Shown: positions 1 to 12,481, counted from the stretch's first letter. The stretch: DNA of 64,000 bases from Nitrospirota bacterium (GCA_963721805.1 CAVRJY010000002.1:256001-320000), one strand, 5' to 3'. The notes: generated from the letters alone by a model not told the origin. A program made the numbers and translations.

Positions 1-22
1 ATTTTAGGTAAAATTTTCACCT

Positions 23-1318
23 ATGGCACTCGCCGCTGCACAGGATAACCGCAAGCTCCGCGTCATGATCGTCGAGGACGAACTCGACACCTGCATGGCC
101 CTGAAGATCATCCTGAAGGGCAACTTCCCATGCGACGAGATATTCATGACCGCAAACGGCGAGGAGGCATGGGAAACCCTCCAGCGCGAGCCGGTGGACC
201 TGATCATCTCGGACTGGAACATGCCGCGCATGAGCGGCGACAGGCTGCTGGAGCTCGTGCGCGGCAACGCCAAGACCCAGAAGACCCCATTCCTGATGCT
301 CACGGTGCGCAAGGACCCGGAGAGCGTGACCACGGCGATAAAGGCCGGCGTCAACGGCTATGTGATCAAGCCCTTCGGGCAGAACACCATAATCAGCAAG
401 GTCGAGTCGATGATCGGCATAAAGCACAGCACGCAGCACGGCGAGCAGGACAAGCCCGGCTCCGGCAGCCAGAAGGTCTCGCGTGACACCGTGTTTTCGA
501 AGCTCACGCGCGCAATCGAGCGCGGGGACTTCGTCCTGCCGGCCTTGCCGCACCTTATCGTTAAGATCGAGGACGCACTGGTAAACCCCGCATCGAACAC
601 AGATTCCCTGGCCGGGCTGATCGAGATAGATTCGGCCGTCGCGGCCAAGATAATCGCGGTCTCGAACTCGCCCTTTTACAAGGGGACGAACAAATGCGCC
701 AACGTCCGCGAGGCTCTGATCAGGATCGGCCTTCAGGAGGCCCGGCAGCTCGTCTTCATCATATCGAGCAAGAGCCTGTTTACGACGCGCGACAAGCGCT
801 TCGTGGACCTCGTCGAGCAGCTGTTCATGCACTCGGTCGCGGTAGGCGCCGCCAGCCAGCACATCGCGCGACAGCTCAGGCTCGGCGACCCGCACGAGTA
901 TTTCCTCTTCGGCCTCCTGCACGACATCGGAAAGCTCGCAGTCATACAGATACTCTCCGATATCATCCCGGACCCGGCCGAGCTCTCCTATGAGTCTATC
1001 ATGGAGGCCATGGACTCGATGCACACCGGCATAGGCAGGACCATGCTCGACAAATGGCGCTTCGGCCCCGTGTTCTGCGAGGTCGCGCTCAAGCACGAGG
1101 AGGTCTCGGCCTATGACAAGCCGGGCAAGGAACTATCAGTGGTACATTTCTGTAACATCCTGGTCCGGGAGCTCGGGTTCAGCCTGAAGGAAAACGTCGA
1201 GAAAGACATGCTCAAGCACATCACCTCACGCCATCTGCTAGGGATGAACGCGGACATGATCGAGGCCGCCTCTGAGGACGTCCGCCAGTATGTGGCAAAG
1301 GTCAAGAGCATGGTTTAG
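23..1318 (+). CDS. Response regulator, REC + HDOD domain
   Basis: N-terminal receiver (VEDE, DLIISDWNMP, KPF); C-terminal HDOD (LPALP, NSPFY, GLLHDIGK). Confidence 0.9.
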   Translation: MALAAAQDNRKLRVMIVEDELDTCMALKIILKGNFPCDEIFMTANGEEAWETLQREPVDLIISDWNMPRMSGDRLLELVRGNAKTQKTPFLMLTVRKDPESVTTAIKAGVNGYVIKPFGQNTIISKVESMIGIKHSTQHGEQDKPGSGSQKVSRDTVFSKLTRAIERGDFVLPALPHLIVKIEDALVNPASNTDSLAGLIEIDSAVAAKIIAVSNSPFYKGTNKCANVREALIRIGLQEARQLVFIISSKSLFTTRDKRFVDLVEQLFMHSVAVGAASQHIARQLRLGDPHEYFLFGLLHDIGKLAVIQILSDIIPDPAELSYESIMEAMDSMHTGIGRTMLDKWRFGPVFCEVALKHEEVSAYDKPGKELSVVHFCNILVRELGFSLKENVEKDMLKHITSRHLLGMNADMIEAASEDVRQYVAKVKSMV

Positions 1319-1448
1319 CCATCCAGGCTACAGGAAAGAAATCAACGTTTCCATGGTCTTTCCTCCATAAACATCAGGTTTTTATTGCAAATATGCCCTT
1401 TAATGCGCTATTATTTAAAATAATTAAAAATAAACATCGAGGAGACCG

Positions 1449-1868
1449 ATGGCGAGGATAGGTGGAGCAAAAAAGTTCAGGGTAGTAATAGGGGTATCGG
1501 ACAAGCTGGTGTCCAGAGACCTGACGGTTATGCTTAACCGCCTGAACAGCGACGTGGCCAACGAGGCAGCGACCACAACCGACGTCATCTTAAAGATTGC
1601 GGCCGACGAGTCGAAGCCAGACATAGTGATCATGCAGCTCGGCCTTCCGGGCGAGCTCGACGCGGTTCAGGCGGCGTGGGAGATCTACGAGAAGTTCAAT
1701 GTCCCGACGCTTTATATAGTGAGCGCTGGGGACCGCCCCATGCTCGAAAAGATGGCCGAGAAATATTACTACGGCCACATACGCAAGCCTTACGATCAGG
1801 CCTCGTTATCGGCGGCCATGCAGAAGGCGATCATCAAGCACCTCAACGAATTCCTCAAATCGGGCTAA
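1449..1868 (+). CDS. Stand-alone atypical (pseudo-)receiver protein
   Basis: Receiver fold motifs (PDIVIMQLGLPG, YIVS, RKPY), but the phosphoacceptor position is Q; SD GAGGAG upstream. Confidence 0.75.
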   Translation: MARIGGAKKFRVVIGVSDKLVSRDLTVMLNRLNSDVANEAATTTDVILKIAADESKPDIVIMQLGLPGELDAVQAAWEIYEKFNVPTLYIVSAGDRPMLEKMAEKYYYGHIRKPYDQASLSAAMQKAIIKHLNEFLKSG

Positions 1869-1870
1869 AT

Positions 1871-1909
1871 AAAAAAAGGCCCCCTCCCGGCGGGAGGGGG
1901 CCTTTTTTT
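1871..1909. terminator. Bidirectional rho-independent terminator
   Basis: A7-GGCCCCCTCCCG/CGGGAGGGGGCC-T7 between convergent genes. Confidence 0.9.
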
Positions 1910-1922
1910 GCTTAAGTACGGT

Positions 1923-3584
<1,662 letters not shown>

Positions 3585-3598
3585 GCGAATCCCCCTTG

Positions 3599-3823
3599 TC
3601 AGTTTTTTCCTTTGTAGTCGCGGATAAGTTCGGCCATACGGTCCTTCTTCAGTAGCTTGAGCTTCTTGAGCTTGTTGCGCTCGAACTCGTCCTCAGGGCT
3701 CAGGTAGACCTTCGCGTCCATCTCCGCGATCTTCTCCGCGAGGGACTTGTGTTCCACGGCGAGCCTGCGGTACTCGTCGTTTTCGGCATCGAGGATTCTT
3801 GCGATTTTAGCTTCGGCTGTCAT
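3599..3823 (-). CDS. Small coiled-coil protein (DUF465/YdcH-like)
   Basis: 74 aa, EH..L...I and [10 protein letters not shown] pattern; SD GGAGGAG. Confidence 0.7.
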   Translation of the reverse strand: MTAEAKIARILDAENDEYRRLAVEHKSLAEKIAEMDAKVYLSPEDEFERNKLKKLKLLKKDRMAELIRDYKGKN

Positions 3824-3869
3824 GTCCTTGGCTCCTCCCTATACCGCTTGTTATGTGGCGTCTCCCGAC

Positions 3870-4490
3870 CTACTTGGCGGGCTCGATTACCTTGACCTTC
3901 ATCTCGATGCGCTGCAGCGGGTTGTCGCGGCCGTCCCTGGGGGCGTTTACTATCTTGTCCACGACGTCCATGCCAGAGGTGACCTCGCCAAACACGGTGT
4001 AGTTGCCGTCGAGCTGCGGCAGCGGCGCAACGCAGATGTAAAACTGCGAGCCCGCGCTGTCGGGGTTCTGGCTGCGGGCCATTGAGAGCGTGCCGCGCAG
4101 GTGGGGCCTTGCGTTGAACTCGGCCTTGACGGTATAGCCCGGCCCTCCGGTGCCGTACATCGCGCGGTTGGGGCCCTTGGTGTTCGGGTCGCCGCCCTGT
4201 ATGACGAAGCCGGGGATGACGCGGTGAAATATCGTGCCGTCATAGAAGCCCTTCTTCGCGAGCGTTATGAAATTGCTGACGTGGTTCGGGGCCACGTCGG
4301 GGTAAAACTTGAGCTCGATGTTCCCCATAGAGGTTTCGATCACTGCTGTTGTCTTTGCCATTGTCCTTAGCTCTTCCTTTGAAAATGATCTTGATACCGG
4401 TTCGCCGGCGGCAAATGCGAACCCGGCCCAGACGAGCAGCGAAGCCGCCGCCAGTAACGATAAATAAGCGATCCTGAATCTTGCGTTCAT
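3870..4490 (-). CDS. Cyclophilin-type peptidyl-prolyl isomerase with signal peptide
   Basis: FHRVIPGFVIQGGDP, SMAR, SAGSQFYI, YTVFG. Confidence 0.95.
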   Translation of the reverse strand: MNARFRIAYLSLLAAASLLVWAGFAFAAGEPVSRSFSKEELRTMAKTTAVIETSMGNIELKFYPDVAPNHVSNFITLAKKGFYDGTIFHRVIPGFVIQGGDPNTKGPNRAMYGTGGPGYTVKAEFNARPHLRGTLSMARSQNPDSAGSQFYICVAPLPQLDGNYTVFGEVTSGMDVVDKIVNAPRDGRDNPLQRIEMKVKVIEPAK

Positions 4491-5848
4491 GATACCTCCT
4501 CGTGTATTTTCCCTCCAAGCAAAAACGCGTTAGCCACGCAGTCGTTTACGCTCACGCCCCTAAGCGCGTTGCCCGAGACATAGAGCCCGGGGTGCGCCGA
4601 TGCGAAACCGTCTATCCGGGCGACCCGCTCGCGGTGCCCGACGTTGTATTGAGGTATCGCGAGCTCGTGGCGGTAGACCTTCACGAACTCCGGGTCCGCG
4701 CCGATGCCCGCCATGGTGGAGAGTTCGGCCCTCACCGTATCAGTAAGCCTGCGGTCGTCGAGCTCGGCCACGGCAGGGTTCCGCGCCCCGCCGGCCATCG
4801 CGCGCACGAGCACCATGCCCTCCGGCGCGCGGTTTTCAAACACGCTCGAATCATACAGCACCCCGAGCACCTTCCTGCCCTCAGCCTGCGGCACCAGAAA
4901 GCCGAAGGCGTCTATCTCGGCAGTCGCGAGCTTATCGCGCCGGTATCCCAGACACACCACCGAGAGAGGCGGGTAGGGTATCTCGGCCAGCGTGCGCGAT
5001 GCGGCCTTGTCCAGCCCCTTCACTATCTCGGCGCTCTGGTGCGCCGGGGTGCAGAGCACGACCGCGTCCGCTTCGAGCGCCGAGCCGTCCTTGAGGTGCA
5101 CCTTGAATCCGTCCTTCCTGCTCTTGTCGAGCCCGAGCACCTTCATGTTAGGCCTGAACGACTCGCCGAGGGCTGCGGCGAGCGCGTTTGGCAGCTCCTG
5201 CATCCCGCCCCTGAATGACGTGAGGGTGCCGCCCGGTCCGGCGCCGACTTTTTTCTTGCGTTCCTTCATCAGGGCTATCATGCCCTTGATCAGGCTCCCG
5301 TACTTGCGTTCGAGGTCGTAGATCGTTGGAAAGCAGCTTCTGAGGCTCATGGCCTCAGGGTCCCCGGCATATATGCCCGAGGCCATCGGGTCGATGAGCT
5401 TCTCGGCTGCCTCGCGGCCGAGCCTCCGGCGCGCGAACGCGGCGAGCGTCTCGTCCTCGACCGCGCCCTTTGCGATGAACGGCTCCATCGCGAGGCGGAG
5501 CTTGCCGCGCACGCTCATCAGCGGCGAGCGCATGAACGAGTACGCGGACTCCGGCAGCCGGTTGAGCCGTCCGCCTGAGTATATAAATCTTTTCCGGGCC
5601 AGGTCGCTGCTTTTAAGCGGCGATATGCCGAGCATCGTGGCCAGCTCCAGTGTCTTTGGCTTGTTGTCGAGGAAACCGTTGACGCCGCTTTCGCAGACAT
5701 AGCCCCTGACGCTGTCGGACCATATCTTGCCGCCCGGACGCGAGGCTGACTCAAGCACCGTCACCTCGGCGCCTCCGAAGCGCTTAAGCGCATAGGCAAG
5801 CGCGAGCCCTGATATTCCCCCGCCGACTACGATAATCCTTACGCCCAA
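4487..5848 (-). CDS. hemG: HemY-type (copro/proto)porphyrinogen oxidase
   Basis: GGGISGL FAD motif, SGIYAGDP, FGFLVP, IPQY; heme operon context. Confidence 0.9.
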   Translation of the reverse strand: MGVRIIVVGGGISGLALAYALKRFGGAEVTVLESASRPGGKIWSDSVRGYVCESGVNGFLDNKPKTLELATMLGISPLKSSDLARKRFIYSGGRLNRLPESAYSFMRSPLMSVRGKLRLAMEPFIAKGAVEDETLAAFARRRLGREAAEKLIDPMASGIYAGDPEAMSLRSCFPTIYDLERKYGSLIKGMIALMKERKKKVGAGPGGTLTSFRGGMQELPNALAAALGESFRPNMKVLGLDKSRKDGFKVHLKDGSALEADAVVLCTPAHQSAEIVKGLDKAASRTLAEIPYPPLSVVCLGYRRDKLATAEIDAFGFLVPQAEGRKVLGVLYDSSVFENRAPEGMVLVRAMAGGARNPAVAELDDRRLTDTVRAELSTMAGIGADPEFVKVYRHELAIPQYNVGHRERVARIDGFASAHPGLYVSGNALRGVSVNDCVANAFLLGGKIHEEVS

Positions 5849-6786
5849 TCACGCTCCTTCGCGGCCTTCATGGCAAGCTCGAAGAGCGCACCTATGAACT
5901 TAGGGTGCACGTTCAGAGATTCGGTACGCCTGAGATTCACTCCCAATTCCCCCGCCATCCGCCTATATAGTATATCAATTTCATATAGAGTCTCAATATG
6001 GTCAGAGACAAAGCTTATAGGCACCATAAGTATGTCTTTTGTCCCGGCTGAGGCGAGCCTGTGCAGCTCGTCCTCGGTCGAAGGGGTAAGCCACTTGACC
6101 GGGCCGCTGCGCGACTGGTACGAGATGCTCCACGGCACGCCCTTAAAGCGCGCGGTGACGGCCTTTATGGTAGCCATTATATGGTCGGCATAGGGGTCAC
6201 CGGCATCGATAATGCTCTGGGGCAGGCTGTGGGCGCTGAAGAGCAGGTGGCTTGATGGCGCATCCGCGAGAGCGCGGCCGACAAGGTCCGAAAGCGCATC
6301 GATATACAGCGGGTGGTCGTACCACGCCGGAACGATCGCGGGCTCAAGCGGCGAGAGCGCCTCGCGGAGCGCGAGCTCGGCCGAGCCGCTCGTCGCAATG
6401 CTCCAGTGGGGATAGAGGCTCAGCCCGATTACCCGCCGCACTCCGGACTCTACGATCTCCCTGGCTACGCTCTCGATAAACGGGTGCCAGTAGCGCATCC
6501 CTATCGAGACCTTGAAATCAGTGCCGAGGCGGGCGGACAGCGCATCGGCCTGGGCGCGGGTGATCGGAACTATCGGCGAGCCGCCGCCTATCTGCTGGTA
6601 ATACGAGATCGTCTTTGGCGCGCGGCGTTTCGCTATTATGGCTGCTATAGGCTTTTGCATGAAGGCGAACGGGCCCAGGGGGATTATCCTGCGGTCAGAA
6701 AACAGGTTAAACAGAAAGGGCCGGACCGCATCGAGCGTATCCGGCCCCCCGAGGTTCAGGAGGACTACTGCTACGGTCTCCGCCAC
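5839..6786 (-). CDS. hemH: Ferrochelatase
   Basis: LLNLGGP, MRYWHP, FSAHSLP, YQSRSGPVKWL, FVSDHIETLYE. Confidence 0.96.
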   Translation of the reverse strand: MAETVAVVLLNLGGPDTLDAVRPFLFNLFSDRRIIPLGPFAFMQKPIAAIIAKRRAPKTISYYQQIGGGSPIVPITRAQADALSARLGTDFKVSIGMRYWHPFIESVAREIVESGVRRVIGLSLYPHWSIATSGSAELALREALSPLEPAIVPAWYDHPLYIDALSDLVGRALADAPSSHLLFSAHSLPQSIIDAGDPYADHIMATIKAVTARFKGVPWSISYQSRSGPVKWLTPSTEDELHRLASAGTKDILMVPISFVSDHIETLYEIDILYRRMAGELGVNLRRTESLNVHPKFIGALFELAMKAAKERDWA

Positions 6787-6795
6787 TATAGCCTA

Positions 6796-7815
6796 TTACC
6801 GCGCGCTGTACTCATGCACCGCCTCGACTAGCGCCTTGACCCCGTCAACCGGAGTCTCGGGGATTATGCCGTGGCCGAGGTTGAAGATATGCCCCCTGGC
6901 CTTCCTGCCCTGATCGACGATGACCTTGGCGCGCTTTATTATCTCGGCAGGCGAAGAAAGCAGCGCGAGCGGATCGAGGTTGCCCTGCACCGAGGCCTTG
7001 TCGCCTATCGTGCGTATGGCATCCTTGAGGTCGACCTTCCAGTCTATGCCGTAGACGTCCGCACCGGCCTTCTTGACGTCCTTGAGGCAGGCCGAGGAAC
7101 CGTTGGCGAAATATATGATCGGCACGCCGAGCTTTTTGACCTCTGAGATTATGCCCTTGACGTGCGGCAGGTAGGCGCGGAAGTCGTCCGGAGCGAGCGC
7201 CCCGGCCCATGAGTCGAAGAGCTGCACGGCCTGCGCCCCTGCCTTTATCTGAGCGATCATATATGCCTGCACGCTCGCGGAAATCTTTGCGAGGATGTCG
7301 TTATATAGCGCGGGATTTTGGTACATCATGCGCTTGGTGTTTATGAACTGCTTCGACGAGCCGCCCTCGATCATGTAGGTCGCGAGAGTGAAGGGCGCGC
7401 CCGAAAACCCGATCAGCGGGACCTTGAGCTCGCGCCTGAGGATGCGGATAGTGTCCATCACGTATTTAAGTTCGTCTTCAGGCTCGGGTACGATCAGCTT
7501 GTCGAGCGCGGCGCGGTTGCGGATGGGGTCGACGAGCACAGGGCCTTTTTTCTCGTGGAACTCGACCCTCATGCCCATCGCATCAGAGACGACCAGGATA
7601 TCGGAGAACAATATCGCCGCGTCCACGCCCAGGACGTCCACCGGCTGGTGCGTGACCTTGGCAGCGAGTTCGGGCGTCTTACAAAGCGTGAGGAAGTCGA
7701 CCTCGGCGCGGACCGCCTGGTACTCCTTCAGGAACCGCCCGGCCTGCCGCATGAACCATATGGGAGTATACGGGACCGCTTCGCCCCGGCATGCCTTCAG
7801 AAAAACATCGTTCAT
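6796..7815 (-). CDS. hemE: Uroporphyrinogen decarboxylase
   Basis: PIWFMRQAGR, AAILFSDIL, QGNLDP, HIFNLGHG. Confidence 0.97.
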   Translation of the reverse strand: MNDVFLKACRGEAVPYTPIWFMRQAGRFLKEYQAVRAEVDFLTLCKTPELAAKVTHQPVDVLGVDAAILFSDILVVSDAMGMRVEFHEKKGPVLVDPIRNRAALDKLIVPEPEDELKYVMDTIRILRRELKVPLIGFSGAPFTLATYMIEGGSSKQFINTKRMMYQNPALYNDILAKISASVQAYMIAQIKAGAQAVQLFDSWAGALAPDDFRAYLPHVKGIISEVKKLGVPIIYFANGSSACLKDVKKAGADVYGIDWKVDLKDAIRTIGDKASVQGNLDPLALLSSPAEIIKRAKVIVDQGRKARGHIFNLGHGIIPETPVDGVKALVEAVHEYSAR

Positions 7816-8894
7816 TATTTATCAGCCTCCGGTGTTCTTAATTTTCTGGGTACGTAGCTGCAGAAGGGTTCCTCGGCCATGTAATCGCCGGTGACGGCGT
7901 AAGCCCGCGCGCGGCACCCGCCGCATACGTTCACGAACTCGCACGAGCCGCAGCGGCCCTTGTAGCTCTTGAAATCCCGCATGTCCTTAAACAGCGGGGA
8001 GTTCTCCCATATGTCCTTAAACGACTGCGTGCGGATGTTCCCTGCGGCCTTTGGGAAGTAGCTGCAGGGCAGGACGTTTCCGTCGACGTCGATCAGGCAT
8101 ATGAGCTGCCCGGCGAGGCAGCCCTTCGAGCCTCCGGTCGAGAACTTCAGCGTGCGGCGCTTGACGGCCTCGCCGCCTTCCTTTGCGCGCTGTAATTGCA
8201 CTCGGTAATAGTGCGGGGCGCAGGTCGGGCGCACGAGCATGTCCTCTTCCTGCTTTTCCATGTCATAGTGCCAGTCGAGGATCTTGTCGTAACCTTCTTT
8301 TGAGATCAGCTCGCCCATGATGTCCTCGCCGCGTCCTGTAGGCACGATCATGAACATGTACCACGCGGTGGCGCCGAGCGACTTGGCGAGCTTGTAGATC
8401 TTCGGTATCTCCTCCTCGTTGCGCTTGGTGAACGAGGAGTTGATGATGAACTCGATGCCGTTTTCTTTAAACAGACGCGCGGCGTTGAGCGTGCCCGCAA
8501 ACGCGCCGGGCTGGCAGCGGAAGTCGTCGTGGACCTCGGCGGTCGAGCCGTCGAGGCTCATCGAGACGATGCGGATGCCGGCGTCCTTGATCTTGGCGCA
8601 GATGTCCTGCGTCACGAGCGTGCCGTTGGTCGCAAGGCACATGCGCAGGCCCTTCCCGGTGCCGTATTTCGCGATATCGAATACGTCGGGCCGCAACAGG
8701 GGCTCGCCGCCAGATAGCACCACGACGGGCTTGGCGTAGCTTGCGATGTCGTCCAGCACGCGCTTGGCCTCGGCAAAGTCGAAGTCAGGGTGGCCCTTGG
8801 CCTCGGTCTCGGAGGACGAACGGCAGTGGACGCACTTAAGGTTGCAGCGCCTCGTTATCTCCCATGCTACCCACTTCGGTACGAACTCGATCAC
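7815..8894 (-). CDS. ahbD: Radical SAM/SPASM heme biosynthesis protein (AhbD-like)
   Basis: CNLKCVHC motif, [14 protein letters not shown] cysteines ([12 protein letters not shown]); directly upstream of hemE. Confidence 0.8.
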   Translation of the reverse strand: MIEFVPKWVAWEITRRCNLKCVHCRSSSETEAKGHPDFDFAEAKRVLDDIASYAKPVVVLSGGEPLLRPDVFDIAKYGTGKGLRMCLATNGTLVTQDICAKIKDAGIRIVSMSLDGSTAEVHDDFRCQPGAFAGTLNAARLFKENGIEFIINSSFTKRNEEEIPKIYKLAKSLGATAWYMFMIVPTGRGEDIMGELISKEGYDKILDWHYDMEKQEEDMLVRPTCAPHYYRVQLQRAKEGGEAVKRRTLKFSTGGSKGCLAGQLICLIDVDGNVLPCSYFPKAAGNIRTQSFKDIWENSPLFKDMRDFKSYKGRCGSCEFVNVCGGCRARAYAVTGDYMAEEPFCSYVPRKLRTPEADK

Positions 8895-8896
8895 TA

Positions 8897-10549
8897 TTAG
8901 ACGCTCCCTATTAAGTATTTACCCATATTATACCTATGTAGAGCCCCGTTTTCATGCCAGACGTGCTCCTGTATCGCATCCATGAGCGGGCCGAAGGTCG
9001 CGGGGCGGAGCGCGGAAACCGCGACAGCGTTGTAGCGGGCCGAAAGATTACGGACCAGCTCAGCGTCCGCGAGGTCGATCTTGTTCAGCACGATTATGCG
9101 GCTCTTGCTCTCAAGCCCAAGTTCGGCCAGTATCTTCTCTACGGCCTCCATCTGCTGCTCCACTCTCGGGTTCGAGACGTCCAGCACGTGAATCAGCACG
9201 TCGGCGTCCGCGAGTTCCTCTAAAGTGGCCTTAAACGCGGTCATCAGGTCCTTGGGCAGGTCGCGGATGAAACCGACCGTATCCGTGATTATCACCTCGC
9301 GCTCGCGCGGGAACCGCAGGCGGCGTGAGGCGGTATCGAGCGTTGCGAACATCTTGTTTTCGACGAACGTGGCGCTCTTAGTCAGGCTGTTAAGTAGCGT
9401 GGACTTCCCGGCGTTCGTGTATCCGACTATCGAGACTATCGGGAGGCCGGCTTCGACCCGCCGGCTCTTGCGCTGCTTCCTAGCGAGGCCCAGGGTCTTT
9501 AACTCGCGCTCAAGCAGCGTTATGCGGTCGCGCACGCGGCGTCGGTCGTTCTCTAACTTCGACTCGCCCGGCCCGCGGCCGCCTATGCCACCCATCAGAC
9601 GCGACATCGCGGTGCCCTTGCCTGTGAGCCGCGGCAGGCGGTATTTGAGCTGCGCCAATTCGACCTGCACCTTGCCGTCGCGGCTGTGGGCGCGGCGAGC
9701 GAAGATGTCGAGGATCAACTGAGACCGGTCGATGACCTTCATCTCGGTTATGTCGCTTATGGCCTTGATCTGCGACGGCCCGAGGTCCTGGTCGAAGATC
9801 AGGAGTGTGGCGCCCTTGTTGAGCGCCTCGATGATGAGCTCCTTGATCCTGCCCTCGCCCATGAGGTACTTGGGGTTGATCTCGCGCGGCCTCTGGATCA
9901 CGGTATCGAGCACGACCACGTCGCTCGACTCCGCGAGCTCGTGGAGCTCGTCGGTGGATTCCGCCTGATCTTGTTTTGGCTTTTTTGAGACGCTCACCAA
10001 GATCGCACGCTCTCTGGGGTCGCTCCGGTCCACGGCGCGGCGGCGCTCCATCTCGCTCTCGGTATTTTTGAGCACGTCTTGGAGGTCGGCCTTCGGGTGG
10101 TGGAGGTCCTCTATTGTCTTTTCGGTCCCGGCAGCGGTGATCCGCCCGACATGCACGTTCGAGAGCGCCTCGTCGCCGACGTCTATCGCCGCGACGAGGT
10201 CGAGCCTCAGAAGCGCCAGGTCGGTCAGGTCGTCCTCGGTGAGCGGCTCGCCTCTTAGGTGGGTGTGTATGAGCCTGAGGCCGCGCAGGGCCTTCCTGCC
10301 CAGGGGGTAGTCCTCGAGGCCGGGGATGAAAATCCTTCCCGCGTCGCCCACGATCACGTGCGTGACCCTGCCGGAGCGCGCGACGAGGATGCCGATCTGG
10401 CGGTCGATCCCGGCCGAGAGCTCGGCCGCGTAACGTGCGAGCTCAGGGGTGATGATCAGCCCCGGAGGGACGCGCCTGCGGAAAATACGTTCGAGCGCGC
10501 TTTTCTCGCTGTCTTTAAGCCCCGCCGTATTGCCAGATATCGAGGGTAT
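8897..10549 (-). CDS. hflX: GTPase HflX, long form; start probably non-canonical ATA at 10549, upstream of the called GTG at 10357
   Basis: [24 protein letters not shown]; frame stays open 64 codons upstream and reads [25 protein letters not shown]. Confidence 0.9.
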   Translation of the reverse strand: MPSISGNTAGLKDSEKSALERIFRRRVPPGLIITPELARYAAELSAGIDRQIGILVARSGRVTHVIVGDAGRIFIPGLEDYPLGRKALRGLRLIHTHLRGEPLTEDDLTDLALLRLDLVAAIDVGDEALSNVHVGRITAAGTEKTIEDLHHPKADLQDVLKNTESEMERRRAVDRSDPRERAILVSVSKKPKQDQAESTDELHELAESSDVVVLDTVIQRPREINPKYLMGEGRIKELIIEALNKGATLLIFDQDLGPSQIKAISDITEMKVIDRSQLILDIFARRAHSRDGKVQVELAQLKYRLPRLTGKGTAMSRLMGGIGGRGPGESKLENDRRRVRDRITLLERELKTLGLARKQRKSRRVEAGLPIVSIVGYTNAGKSTLLNSLTKSATFVENKMFATLDTASRRLRFPREREVIITDTVGFIRDLPKDLMTAFKATLEELADADVLIHVLDVSNPRVEQQMEAVEKILAELGLESKSRIIVLNKIDLADAELVRNLSARYNAVAVSALRPATFGPLMDAIQEHVWHENGALHRYNMGKYLIGSV

Positions 10550-10555
10550 CTCAGC

Positions 10556-12481
10556 CTACCATTTCTTTGAGAGCTTGACGTAGACGTCCGTGACATGTCC
10601 GTCGGCGAGATAGGGATTCTTCGCGTCTCTTACGAGGTTGTTGAAGTTCGAGTATGCGACCTCCAGCCCCGCGTTCCAGCCGTGGTAAAACTCGTACCCG
10701 ACCGTGGTCCTGTACGTCGTCTGCTCCGAGCCGACCTCGGAATAAGAGGTCAGCAGGCCGTCTTCCGGGAGATAGTGCGCGACCGAGACGGTATAATTGA
10801 CGCTCCCGGTAATGTTGAGCTTCTTTATCGGCATGTAGGTGACTGAGCCGAAGTATGAGTTGGCCTGGTCGGTGTAGCGCACGTTGTCGTCGTAGATGAG
10901 GGTGGCAGGAGTTGTCGACGAGCCGTATACCATGTCCTGGCGCACGCGGTTAGTAAACAGCGCATACCCGCCCGAGAGCGCGACCTTCTCGGTGACCGGC
11001 ATGCTCAGGCTGCAAGTAAGCTGCTGGCGCTGCAGGAGGCGGTTGTCGGCCTCGGCCGTCGAGGCTTCGAAATTCAGGTTGTCGCGCACCCCGCGCGAAT
11101 TGAGGTAGCTGACGCTGCCGGACAGCCAGCCAAGGGGGCTCCAGGTGATCGACGCGGTCCCCTGGTCGGCATGGTCCGAGTCGGTGTTGTAGGCCGGGTT
11201 GTCCATGTCCGTGTGGGTGTACGCGGCCTTCCAGTTCAGGTGCCAGGGCAGCCTGCCGGAGGCCGCCAGGGTCTCGGAGCCTTTGGTGGTCTGCGAGGGC
11301 AGGTCCCAGTGCCAGGAGTCCGTGCGCTGTGTGGCCTTTAGATTGTAATCGGCGCTGAACGTGACCCACCTGCTTGCGTTCCAGCGCGCTATGGCCGAGT
11401 ACTCGTCCGATGACGTGCTCATCGAGTCCTTTATGCCGGTGATCGGTGAGGTGTATGCTGCGTATCCGAGGTAACCGGACCTGAGTGTGTTTGGGTTGTC
11501 GACGTCGGTGTCGAGGTGGTGGTAATTTAGGGCGAACGAGAGGTAATCGATCGGCCTGACGAAGACCGAGGCCCCGCCCTCGAGGATCTGCTCCTGGGCC
11601 CCGCTGGATTCGTTGTAGCGCTCGGTCTGCGCGATGCTACCCGAGACCGTGACCGCTCCGGTGTACGACGAATGCATCCTGAGCGTGTCGGTGTGGCCTG
11701 TGAGGTCCGGGACGAGGTTGTGCGGGTAGAAGCCTGCCGTACGTGTTGAGCTCGCGTCGTAGTACTCGGTCATCACCCTCTGGCCGCCCGATAAGAACCA
11801 CTTGTCCTCGTGCGAGAACTCAAGCTCCACGGGGCCCAGGTGCACGTTCGAGCCGTAGTCTATGATGTTCGTATGCCAGTCGATGCGCCTTGCCTCCGAG
11901 GCCCTCGTGATATCCGGATAAGAGCCGCTGCGGAAGAGCTGCTGCACCTCGCCGTACTTGTTCACGAACATCCCGTTAAAGAACAGGTGAAACGGGTACC
12001 CGAACGGCTTGAGCCTCAAAGATACGGTATCGAGCGTGAAGTCCACGCCGTACCGCCTGCCCCCGTCCCGCACGTCCACGCCCGGGGAGGTGGTGGATGG
12101 GTCGAGGTCGATCAGTTCGATCCTGCCGAGGTTATGGTGCAGCGAGCGCTTTATCCACCTCAGCAGGAGGATGTCCCCGTATGCATAGCTCAGGTCGCCG
12201 AAATAATCACGCGGCCCCGTGACGTCGAACTCGAAATGCAGCCTCTGCGGGAACGGGAAGAGCAGTATGTTGCCCGAGGCGATGGCCGAAGAGCGCAAGT
12301 CCTCGTACTCAGCGGCCGATGAGGGGTGCGAAGAGGGCGCGACGCTCCGGTAGCCCGTGCCGAGGAAGATATCCGGCTCGATCTCAGGGTAGGTGTAGAC
12401 AGGGGTCTCGTCGGCCGATGCGATCCCGCAGAAGATCAGGACCAAGATTGAAAACGGCGACCAGAGCCACACGCGCCTCAT
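10556..12481 (-). CDS. Outer-membrane beta-barrel, MtrB/PioB-like porin partner of the decaheme cytochrome
   Basis: Signal peptide from ATG 12481 (ATGA overlap with the cytochrome stop), alternating Y/S/T-rich strands, C-terminal aromatic residue (VKLSKKW). Confidence 0.75.
   Translation of the reverse strand: MRRVWLWSPFSILVLIFCGIASADETPVYTYPEIEPDIFLGTGYRSVAPSSHPSSAAEYEDLRSSAIASGNILLFPFPQRLHFEFDVTGPRDYFGDLSYAYGDILLLRWIKRSLHHNLGRIELIDLDPSTTSPGVDVRDGGRRYGVDFTLDTVSLRLKPFGYPFHLFFNGMFVNKYGEVQQLFRSGSYPDITRASEARRIDWHTNIIDYGSNVHLGPVELEFSHEDKWFLSGGQRVMTEYYDASSTRTAGFYPHNLVPDLTGHTDTLRMHSSYTGAVTVSGSIAQTERYNESSGAQEQILEGGASVFVRPIDYLSFALNYHHLDTDVDNPNTLRSGYLGYAAYTSPITGIKDSMSTSSDEYSAIARWNASRWVTFSADYNLKATQRTDSWHWDLPSQTTKGSETLAASGRLPWHLNWKAAYTHTDMDNPAYNTDSDHADQGTASITWSPLGWLSGSVSYLNSRGVRDNLNFEASTAEADNRLLQRQQLTCSLSMPVTEKVALSGGYALFTNRVRQDMVYGSSTTPATLIYDDNVRYTDQANSYFGSVTYMPIKKLNITGSVNYTVSVAHYLPEDGLLTSYSEVGSEQTTYRTTVGYEFYHGWNAGLEVAYSNFNNLVRDAKNPYLADGHVTDVYVKLSKKW

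Noticed and set aside
10547..10558. Amber read-through fusing the porin to HflX (pyrrolysine)
   Set aside because: An outer-membrane barrel needs its C-terminal aromatic residue and HflX is cytoplasmic; no pyl genes are in the window; an ATA start is simpler.
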